Part shown: positions 7,144 to 14,121 of the stretch, piece by piece
How the letters are laid out: every line of letters begins with the position of its first letter
How positions within the stretch are numbered: the stretch's first letter is position 1
Virus record (IMG/VR): IMGVR_UViG_3300027905_000005
Location: 1 to 21,910 of that record
DNA: 21,910 bases
Direction: 5' to 3' (one strand)
DNA from: a virus
Notes under the pieces: model-generated
What the model was told of the DNA's origin: nothing
Database searches by the model: none
What the model saw: only the letters and a program-made list of their open reading frames with translations
Program-made: the position numbers and the translations under genes

Positions 7144-7847
7144 GCAAACTACGCGGACAAGCCAAGGCCGAATTTCTGGCGCGCATGGCGAAGGGACGGA
7201 AGAAGGCGGCGCGCGGCAACCCGAAGGCCAAAAAGAGCGTGACGGGCCGGCCCAAACACAAAGCTGCAGCGTCACGCAACGCGGGACCCCGCAGCGTGCG
7301 CAAGAGCAAAAAGGCGATGAAAAAGTTTCTGCCTGGGTTCAAGCGCAAGAAGCGGCGGAATCAGGAAGACAGCATCGAGAGCGCGGCGGAAAAGTTCGCT
7401 GAGTTCCACGGCAAGCCCCCGGGCCGCATCGTCGAATACGAACAGGGTTACAACTACCCGGAGAACTACGCGGAGATGGGCAAGCTGAAAGAGCTTCGGT
7501 TCGACCTGAATACGCTGAACCGCGATTTCCCGCTTTCCAATTTCAAGGACTGTCAGGCGGTCTGCACACCGGACGGGAGCAACATCTATTTCATCGGCGG
7601 CGATCAGCGCATCGACTTCGAGGCGCTCGATATCGCCAGCGACAAAGATTTCGTGGAGCTTGGCCCATGCCGCTACATCATGTACCACACCGTGAAAGGG
7701 TTCCACGATTTTGACCCAACGGACTACTGGCACCGATTCGGCGAAGAGAACAACATCTTTCCGGTTCTGGCCTACGACCGTTTGAACCACACGCTCTTTT
7801 TGATCGGCGGAGACTACCGCGTCAGACCCGAAGGAATCGTGAACTGA
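7140..7847 (+). CDS. Protein with a highly basic (Lys/Arg-rich) N-terminal region of about 75 aa and a globular C-domain. Putative internal / DNA-associated virion protein.
   Basis: ATGA overlap. N-terminus KGRKKAARGNPKAKKSVTGRPKHKAAASRNAGPRSVRKSKKAMKKFLPGFKRKKRRN. The C-domain carries a repeated FIGGDxR motif (IYFIGGDQRI, LFLIGGDYRV). Confidence 0.6.
   Translation: MSKLRGQAKAEFLARMAKGRKKAARGNPKAKKSVTGRPKHKAAASRNAGPRSVRKSKKAMKKFLPGFKRKKRRNQEDSIESAAEKFAEFHGKPPGRIVEYEQGYNYPENYAEMGKLKELRFDLNTLNRDFPLSNFKDCQAVCTPDGSNIYFIGGDQRIDFEALDIASDKDFVELGPCRYIMYHTVKGFHDFDPTDYWHRFGEENNIFPVLAYDRLNHTLFLIGGDYRVRPEGIVN
7239..7275. promoter_or_regulatory. Repeat array D: two half-sites inside CDS 7140..7847.
   Basis: GTGACGGGCCGGCCC at 7239-7253 and GTCAC at 7271-7275, in the same 39-bp phase as arrays A and B. 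Confidence 0.7.
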
Positions 7848-7859
7848 AGAGGAGAACCG

Positions 7860-8642
7860 ATGGCAAAGGCATTGAAAAAAGTTCGCGTTGCTTCCAACCC
7901 TCACCGGAAGCCCGCATCGAAGAAAAGACCGAACGCTAAGAAAGGGAGTCACACGCACCACATGGCAAACAACAAGAAGAAGAACAAAGCGGCCAGTCAC
8001 CACAAGAAGAAGGGCAACCCGGCCACGCATCACAGACGGCGCGGGAAACGGAACCCCAGCCTATCGGGAATCATCGGAAGCCCGAAAGAAATTCTCATCA
8101 GCGCCGTGGCGGGAACGGCTGGTTTCGTGGCATCGTCGCAGATTCCGCAGTTGATTTTGCAGGCGAACAACACGGGACCCATGGGCTACGCGGCGAACGC
8201 AGCCACCGGCGTGGCCATCACGCTGGCGGCGGGCGCATTCGCGGGACCCGTTGCAGGGCGCGCCGCTATGGTGGGTTCGCTCGTCATGCTGGTGGACCGG
8301 CTGATAACCGAGAACCTTTCGAGCATCGGCCCCTATCTGACGATTTCAGGCGTGGGCGACGCAACGGCCACGCACCGCATGGGAACCATCCGCGATGGTT
8401 ACTATCTTCACCCCACGATGGTGGACGGACAGGGCAACATGATCGTGCCCGATCCCGTCACCCAGGCGGCTATTGCCGCAGTGCTGGCAAAGTACCCGCA
8501 GATCGCGGCCCCGCTTGCCCAGGCGGTTCAAACGGGCGGCAAGATGGGCGCGGTAAACCCTTCCGGCCTTCGCAGGCACACGGCAAGCGGGCAGCTTTTG
8601 AGCAGCCGTTTCCAGAGCAGATTTAATCAGGCCCTCAATTAA
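7860..8642 (+). CDS. Protein with a basic, His/Lys/Arg-rich N-terminus followed by 2-3 hydrophobic helices. Putative membrane-embedded DNA-binding virion protein.
   Basis: ATG 7860 has an AAGAGGAGAA RBS. N-terminus RKPASKKRPNAKKGSHTHHMANNKKKNKAASHHKKKGNPATHHRRRGKRNP. Hydrophobic segments ILISAVAGTAGFVA, GVAITLAAGAFAGPVAG and AAMVGSLVMLV. Confidence 0.65.
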   Translation: MAKALKKVRVASNPHRKPASKKRPNAKKGSHTHHMANNKKKNKAASHHKKKGNPATHHRRRGKRNPSLSGIIGSPKEILISAVAGTAGFVASSQIPQLILQANNTGPMGYAANAATGVAITLAAGAFAGPVAGRAAMVGSLVMLVDRLITENLSSIGPYLTISGVGDATATHRMGTIRDGYYLHPTMVDGQGNMIVPDPVTQAAIAAVLAKYPQIAAPLAQAVQTGGKMGAVNPSGLRRHTASGQLLSSRFQSRFNQALN

Positions 8643-8678
8643 GGGGCAGCAGCAAAAGACAGGAAGAGGAAAAGAAAA

Positions 8679-9233
8679 ATGAGCAGCAGCCCCAGCGTAT
8701 ACGTCCCCGGAAAAGTCAGAACGATTCAAAGCCCGTACTACGATACCTACCTCGTCAGTTCGGGCGGAACCGTCAACGCCGGAGGACTCACCAAAATGTT
8801 CGGCAACATCCAGGGTGTCGGAGGGATCGGCCCGAACATCACCAACATGCAGCAAGCCTTTCAGCTCAGTGGCGGCGAGAGCTTTTTACTCTCGTCGTTC
8901 CGTTGCGTGTTCATCGGTTGCGCCCTTGCGGACGTGAACAGCTTTTTCATCAACAACACCGTGCGCCTCATCATCGGCACGGGAAACTTTGCGTACGCGG
9001 ACGCGCCCGCCGAATATTGGGCATCGGGCGCGGGAGCCTACGGAGGGACCAGCGCGGCGGCGACCAACGGGATACCAGACCCGCGCGCCATCGTGCCTTT
9101 CGATGTCGATCCCATCGAGTTGACCGACGGCGTTAACTTTCACGTGGAACTGATCGGCGTGGCCTTCAGTGCGACGGCTAACTTTACGCTCCGGGTGTAT
9201 CTGGACGGCCAGAAAACCCAGCCCGCGCAGTAA
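8679..9233 (+). CDS. Beta-rich structural protein candidate, 184 aa, possibly a capsid subunit.
   Basis: Strong purine-rich RBS (AGGAAGAGGAAAAG). Followed by a structured 84-nt spacer. Composition is typical of beta-sandwich virion proteins. No motif-level identification. Confidence 0.55.
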   Translation: MSSSPSVYVPGKVRTIQSPYYDTYLVSSGGTVNAGGLTKMFGNIQGVGGIGPNITNMQQAFQLSGGESFLLSSFRCVFIGCALADVNSFFINNTVRLIIGTGNFAYADAPAEYWASGAGAYGGTSAAATNGIPDPRAIVPFDVDPIELTDGVNFHVELIGVAFSATANFTLRVYLDGQKTQPAQ

Positions 9234-9317
9234 GCGTCCACCATCGTTCGGAACCGGCGAGGGGCACCGGCGCGCCTCGTCAGTTCGGGCGAGTAACCGA
9301 ACATCGAGAGGATAAAT

Positions 9318-9731
9318 ATGTCTCCAACAGGAAGCCCCGCAAGCGGCGGCGGCGCGACTGCGCAGCCCACGTTTGTGGAAGAACCGGCAACATACGTTTT
9401 CAATTACACCCTCAGCTCAGGACAGGCGGTCACGCGCGTGGCGGTCAACATCGACCGTGATTCGGATTTTGCCCTGACGGGCATCAACGGAGTGAGCACT
9501 GGAGGCTACACGCTGAATGTTCGACTCCCATCCGGGCGGCTCATCGGCAGCGCGCAGATGATTTCAACGCAGTTCGTTTCGTCGAACCCGAACCAGCCCA
9601 CGGCCATCGGTCCCCCGCCCATCTACCGCGCGGGTTCGACCGGCCCCGAACTGGACCTGACGGATACGAGTCTGGCAAGTAACACGCTGCAACTTATTTT
9701 TTCGGGCATCCGCAGACTGAGAACGCAGTAA
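9318..9731 (+). CDS. Beta-rich structural protein candidate, 137 aa.
   Basis: ATG 9318 is preceded by GAGAGGA. Clean ORF with no competing frame. Confidence 0.55.
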   Translation: MSPTGSPASGGGATAQPTFVEEPATYVFNYTLSSGQAVTRVAVNIDRDSDFALTGINGVSTGGYTLNVRLPSGRLIGSAQMISTQFVSSNPNQPTAIGPPPIYRAGSTGPELDLTDTSLASNTLQLIFSGIRRLRTQ

Positions 9732-9750
9732 CAGAACGAAGGAAGGGGAA

Positions 9751-10308
9751 ATGCTGAATAACCCGTGGATCGATCCGCGCGGCGTTGACTGGACAGACAG
9801 CCTGAACCCGTTGACGAAGCCCGGATGGAGCCTGAATAACAATCAGTTCGCTTTCGAGTCGTTGCAGGACCCGATTTTCGTGGCGCTTCGAAACGCCATC
9901 GGCATCGAGGCGCGGATATGGGTATGCCCCGATCCCGTGAACCAGAGCATCGCGCCGCAGGTTACCAGCGCCTACAACGTTCCCGCGGAACCGAATACGT
10001 GGGTATGGGCGCTCAATGCCATCAGCAACCCAGGCACCACACCGGACCCGGCAGGATTCTATGTGCAGGTGTCCGACTCTCTCACCGGCGCGAATCTTTT
10101 CAGTTCACCCGTGCTGAATAGCAACCTTGACGGCGCGCGGACCACGGCGGGCGATGCGAAGCAATGCCCCCTCATCCTCATCGCGGCCCCAAGACTCTTT
10201 ATCCCCCCGGCCTATCCCATCGTCACGATTGTGAACTTATCCATGAGCGCGCAGACCTGCATCGTGCAGTTGTTTTGCGCAATCGAAACGGACACGGTGT
10301 CAGTCTGA
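9751..10308 (+). CDS. Beta-rich structural protein candidate, 185 aa.
   Basis: ATG 9751 is preceded by GGAAGGGG. Stop at 10306-10308. Confidence 0.55.
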   Translation: MLNNPWIDPRGVDWTDSLNPLTKPGWSLNNNQFAFESLQDPIFVALRNAIGIEARIWVCPDPVNQSIAPQVTSAYNVPAEPNTWVWALNAISNPGTTPDPAGFYVQVSDSLTGANLFSSPVLNSNLDGARTTAGDAKQCPLILIAAPRLFIPPAYPIVTIVNLSMSAQTCIVQLFCAIETDTVSV

Positions 10309-10802
10309 TGGCAGGCAGTTATATTACTTCGAGCCCCGCCGTTCTCAGCCCTTACAACCTACAGCTTGAGCAGCGGCGGAACACTCTGGCGACGGCGATC
10401 CGCTACGCCCTCACGCCCGGATGCAACCCCATCACGGGCAAACCGAACCTCACGCCCAACCAACTGCGAAAGCAGCTTCTTTCGGTTCCGATCAACGCGA
10501 CCGTGGCGGGAGACAATCCGCTCATCCCCACGACTTCCGGCCCCATCAGCATTTACGAAGTGGTGATCTGGAACGCATCGGCCGCACCGGTGAACCTTAC
10601 TTTTTTCCAAGGCGGATCGGGCGGCATTCTGTTGTTGCCTCTGCCGAATTTTCCAGCGACTACAGGGTTTACGCTTGGGTTCAACGGTTCTTTCGATCAA
10701 CCCCATTTCGAGATCGACAGCGGGCAGCAGTTCGTTTTGAACCTTTCGACCGCTGGCCCCGTTACCGGGATGTGCCGCTACAAGATTCAGAACGGCACAT
10801 GA
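10308..10802 (+). CDS. Beta-rich structural protein candidate, 164 aa.
   Basis: ATG 10308 overlaps the upstream stop (TGATG). It is the internal Met of track ORF 10164..10802, whose upstream part overlaps the previous gene. Confidence 0.5.
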   Translation: MAGSYITSSPAVLSPYNLQLEQRRNTLATAIRYALTPGCNPITGKPNLTPNQLRKQLLSVPINATVAGDNPLIPTTSGPISIYEVVIWNASAAPVNLTFFQGGSGGILLLPLPNFPATTGFTLGFNGSFDQPHFEIDSGQQFVLNLSTAGPVTGMCRYKIQNGT

Positions 10803-10811
10803 TGAGGCGGC

Positions 10812-10926
10812 GTGACACTCCGGAGGCGCGCGGCGGGCGCCCTGTCACCGTGACGGGCCGGCCCAGGCACGCGCCGGCAGCGTCACATGTGACGAGTCGA
10901 CGCGTTGAAGGCCCCAGCTCAGTCAC
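10812..10926. promoter_or_regulatory. Repeat array B: fills the intergenic gap upstream of the capsid-candidate gene.
   Basis: GTGAC at 10812-10816. GCGGGCGCCCTGTCAC-C-GTGACGGGCCGGCCC at 10833-10864. GTCACATGTGAC at 10882-10893. GTCAC at 10922-10926, abutting ATG 10927. Spacings are 38-40 bp. Confidence 0.8.
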
Positions 10927-12030
10927 ATGCAACCGCTGACTTTCAAGGGCGCGCTGAACGTCGGGCTTTTCAAACTGCCGTACCAGGTCCCCAACCCTTC
11001 TTTCATCACGCCATATCGTTGGATGCCCGATTCATGGAGTTTGTCAGACGACATCGCAGGGACCACGCGCACGCTCAGATTGTTGCGCCTAACGGCCCCC
11101 GTGGTGAACGTCCTCTCTAACACCGGGCCATCAGCGCCGAACGGAGGGCAAGGAAGCATATGGGGCGCGCAGGCGCTACGCGGAACCCTGGACGGCCTGA
11201 ACAATGCCGACGCGTGTCTGTATGCCACTCCGCTAACCGGAGGCCCCTACGCGTCCGACGACAATCTTTTCGTGCCACTGTCAACAACCGGCGCGCCCGC
11301 TGGAGGATTCGGCGCGAACCCGGCCATCGTTCCGCTGGCGACGGACGCGGGAGATGTGAAATTCGCATCGTACGGCGAGGACATCACCTTCACCACTCAA
11401 TACCGGCTGTTGACCCCGGCGACCTTCACGCCACAGCAGGGATGGTTTGTTTCTCCATCGACTCCGCTCTTACCGCCGAACCTTCAAGCCTACTGGCCCG
11501 ACGCGCCGAACAAAAGAAACCGCAGCATCAATCAGGGTCTTTTCGGACTGACGAACATCATAGATTTTTTTCTCAGCGCGGACGGTTCGACGCTCACCCA
11601 GGCGACCATCGAGCAAAGCCCGCTCACCGGAAATTCGACGGTGGATTCACCGATGTACCAGCAGCCGAATCAGGCGAACGGGTTCTACATCACCGCCGAC
11701 AATTCGGGAGGCCCCGCCCCCGTCATACCCAACGGCTCACCGATCTTTTTCATTGCGGGCGATCTTAGCGCCTGGTGGGAGCTTGTCTTTTTCGCGGCGG
11801 GACCCGGCGTCAACCCGAACGATTTGGGCGGCTATGGCCCGCCGTGGGATTACGCGGCGGCCCCGCAGATCACGAGCGATGCAGAGGGGAATATCTACTA
11901 CCTGCAAAACAACGTGGCCACACCCGGATTCATGGACGTGTACAGCGGGAAGCTTCCGGGCGGCGGCTCATTCGGCGGAACTTTCGTCAGCTTCATAGTT
12001 CCCAATCAACTGGCAGGAGGCAACAAATGA
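10927..12030 (+). CDS. 367-aa virion protein; major capsid protein candidate. Size is compatible with a double jelly-roll, but the fold is unverified.
   Basis: ATG 10927 is the first start after the in-frame TGA at 10906-10908. It sits directly behind the repeat array 10805-10926. Long clean ORF just upstream of the fibre gene. No sequence motif identifies the fold. Confidence 0.55.
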   Translation: MQPLTFKGALNVGLFKLPYQVPNPSFITPYRWMPDSWSLSDDIAGTTRTLRLLRLTAPVVNVLSNTGPSAPNGGQGSIWGAQALRGTLDGLNNADACLYATPLTGGPYASDDNLFVPLSTTGAPAGGFGANPAIVPLATDAGDVKFASYGEDITFTTQYRLLTPATFTPQQGWFVSPSTPLLPPNLQAYWPDAPNKRNRSINQGLFGLTNIIDFFLSADGSTLTQATIEQSPLTGNSTVDSPMYQQPNQANGFYITADNSGGPAPVIPNGSPIFFIAGDLSAWWELVFFAAGPGVNPNDLGGYGPPWDYAAAPQITSDAEGNIYYLQNNVATPGFMDVYSGKLPGGGSFGGTFVSFIVPNQLAGGNK

Positions 12031-13901
12031 GCGCACCGATTCTTACGCACGCGGCGACCACCTTGGGGTTGAACTTTCAATACCCACTCCAGAGCACGCA
12101 GGACAGCGAACCCACGGTAGAAATCGTTCCGGGCGCAAGCGGCCAGGTGCTCACGTCGAACCCGGCAGCACCGGGCGGCGTTGACTGGGAGACACCGAGC
12201 CCCGGCTTTACAAATCCCATGACCACGAAAGGAGACATCATCGCGGCAGGCGTTGGAGGGACACCGGCGCGGGTGGCTGTAGGAACCAACGGTCAGGTGC
12301 TCACGGCGAATTCAGCGGCGGCGGATGGCGTTGACTGGGAGACACCGAGCCCCGGCTTTACAAATCCCATGACCACGAAAGGGGATGTGATCGCGGGCGG
12401 CGTGGCGGGCGCACCGGCGCGACTGGGAGTAGGAACCAACGGCCAGGTGCTCACGGCGAATTCGGCGGCGGCGGATGGCATCGACTGGGAAACGCCCTTC
12501 ACAAGTCCGATGACTACGAAGGGCGATTTGATCGCGGGCGCGGCGGGCGGCATCCCGGCGCGCGTGGGAGTGGGAATCAACGGCCAGGTGCTGACCGCGA
12601 ATTCGGCGGCGGCGGACGGCGTCGATTGGGAAACACCCAGCGCGGGTTTCGCCAATCCGATGACTACCAAAGGCGATCTGATCGCGGGCGCGGCGGGCGG
12701 CATCCCGGCGCGCGTGGGAGTGGGAATCAACGGCCAGGTGCTCACCGCGAATTCCGCGGCGGCGGACGGCATCGATTGGGAAACAGCGGCAACGGGAACC
12801 GTTACTAACAGCAGCGGCGCTCTGACGGCGGACCTTCCAGTTTTCGGCAATGGGGCGGCGGACGTAAAAGTAGGAACAAAAACCGGAAACACCGATAAGC
12901 TGGTAACCCAGGCAGGCGCGGCCACCAGCGGCGCTCCATTGCTCTATGACGCATCCGGCAACGCGATAGCAGGGAGCAAGACCGGCAACACGTCCGAACT
13001 CGTCACAGCGACTGGCGCGGCCACCAGCGGCTATCCGTTGCTCTATGACGCATCAGCCAACGCCATTGGCCAACAGCCACGCGGGAACACGACAGTGGTA
13101 CAGCTTGCCGATTCCACGACAAACCCGACCAGCGGAGACCTAACCAGTTTCGACGCCAACGGGAACGTGATGGATTCCGCGATTCTGGCCAGCGCTGTGG
13201 CTCTGACGGCAAACGTCGTACCCAAAACGCGCAACGTAAATACAGCGGCCCCGCTTGCGGGCGGCGGCGGTCTCAGCGCCGATCTGAATTTGACGATCGC
13301 AACCGCAGGCGTGGGAACGCTAGGCGCATCGAGCCCGGACGGAACGACTATCGCCGTGACAGCGGGAGTTTATCGCGTGCTGACTCCGGCAGCGCCGAGC
13401 GGCGCTGCATTCTCACAGGATGCCCCATGGTTCACCACATCGAGTTCGAACTGGCAAAATCTGACTCTGTTTTGCCGTATCCGAGGTTGGACACTTTCGG
13501 CATTCCCGGCGAGCTGGACGGTGAAGATTTTGTTTCTTGCCGGAAGCCCCGTAATCGGCAATATGGTCATCCTGAAAACGATTGCCGCAGGTCCCACCGT
13601 TGGCGTGGCGGTTATCTCCACCACTTCAGTAACCATCGGAGGCGTGAGCAATCCGACGCTGGTAACTCCGTCGATTGTGACGACGGACGCCATCACCCTG
13701 GCACTCGACAACGCGCATGAATTTTATTTCCTGATCTTTTTCGCCAACAACGCGGCGAACGTGGCGGTAAGCCTGGGAGCAACCCCGGCCACGACCGGCA
13801 ACACTTTCGATATCTCCGGAGATCAAACCGGCATCAGCAGTCTACCGGCACTGGGAGCCGGAAACGGCAGTGTAGGGATCATGGGTCTATTCTTCCCATA
13901 G
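12027..13901 (+). CDS. Fibre / spike (receptor-binding) protein with tandem 50-aa repeats.
   Basis: ATG 12027 overlaps the upstream stop (ATGA), with GGAGG at 12016-12020. There are 4.3 repeats of GQVLTANSAAADG(V/I)DWETPSPGFTNPMTTKGD.IAG..G..AR.GVG.N, then two 33-aa repeats (KTGNT..LVT..GAATSG.PLLYDAS.NAI). The track start 11775 lies inside the previous gene. Confidence 0.7.
   Translation: MSAPILTHAATTLGLNFQYPLQSTQDSEPTVEIVPGASGQVLTSNPAAPGGVDWETPSPGFTNPMTTKGDIIAAGVGGTPARVAVGTNGQVLTANSAAADGVDWETPSPGFTNPMTTKGDVIAGGVAGAPARLGVGTNGQVLTANSAAADGIDWETPFTSPMTTKGDLIAGAAGGIPARVGVGINGQVLTANSAAADGVDWETPSAGFANPMTTKGDLIAGAAGGIPARVGVGINGQVLTANSAAADGIDWETAATGTVTNSSGALTADLPVFGNGAADVKVGTKTGNTDKLVTQAGAATSGAPLLYDASGNAIAGSKTGNTSELVTATGAATSGYPLLYDASANAIGQQPRGNTTVVQLADSTTNPTSGDLTSFDANGNVMDSAILASAVALTANVVPKTRNVNTAAPLAGGGGLSADLNLTIATAGVGTLGASSPDGTTIAVTAGVYRVLTPAAPSGAAFSQDAPWFTTSSSNWQNLTLFCRIRGWTLSAFPASWTVKILFLAGSPVIGNMVILKTIAAGPTVGVAVISTTSVTIGGVSNPTLVTPSIVTTDAITLALDNAHEFYFLIFFANNAANVAVSLGATPATTGNTFDISGDQTGISSLPALGAGNGSVGIMGLFFP
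12141..12790 (+). repeat. Coding tandem repeat, period 150 nt with one 141-nt unit, about 4.3 copies.
   Basis: Units begin with GG(C/T)CAGGTGCT at 12141, 12291, 12441, 12582 and 12732. Long stretches are identical at the DNA level between units 1 and 2 and between units 3 and 4. Confidence 0.9.
12879..13076 (+). repeat. Coding tandem repeat, period 99 nt, 2 copies.
   Basis: KTGNTDKLVTQAGAATSGAPLLYDASGNAIAGS / KTGNTSELVTATGAATSGYPLLYDASANAIGQQ, with the shared DNA core GGCGCGGCCACCAGCGGC...TTGCTCTATGACGCATC. Confidence 0.85.
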
Positions 13902-13917
13902 AGCGAAAGGAGCACGA

Positions 13918-14118
13918 ATGGACAAGGAAATACAACACAAGCCCGCCCCGAAAGACGAGATCGAGCGCAAGCACCCGGTACACCGGGCTTTGCATTTGCT
14001 TCTGACCCACGCGGCGGTTCAACAGCCCGAGATCGCCAAGGAAACGGCGAAGATCAAAGACGCGCTGGACGAAGAGTTTTTGAAAAAACCGGCAGCACCG
14101 GCAGAAGGAGAAGAGTAA
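13918..14118 (+). CDS. Small helical, charged protein, 66 aa.
   Basis: ATG 13918 is preceded by GAAAGGAG. Confidence 0.5.
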   Translation: MDKEIQHKPAPKDEIERKHPVHRALHLLLTHAAVQQPEIAKETAKIKDALDEEFLKKPAAPAEGEE

Positions 14119-14121
14119 ACC

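Noticed and set aside
7272-8033. 253-aa minus-strand ORF.
   Set aside because: It spans the junction of two plus-strand genes that have an ATGA-coupled or RBS-supported start and coherent domain structure. It has no RBS and an Arg/Val/Leu-rich shadow composition.
11775-12026. Upstream extension of the fibre ORF (track start 11775).
   Set aside because: It overlaps the 3' 250 nt of gene 10927..12030 in another frame. ATG 12027, with GGAGG and the ATGA overlap, is the coherent start.
12141-12790. Whether the regularly spaced repeats could be a CRISPR array.
   Set aside because: The period is 150 nt with no unique spacers, and the whole tract is one open reading frame encoding a repeated protein module.
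12293-12925. 210-aa minus-strand ORF, plus 12077..12289 on the minus strand.
   Set aside because: It is antisense to the fibre gene and its own periodicity simply mirrors the 150-nt coding repeat. It has no RBS. It is a shadow ORF typical of GC-rich DNA.
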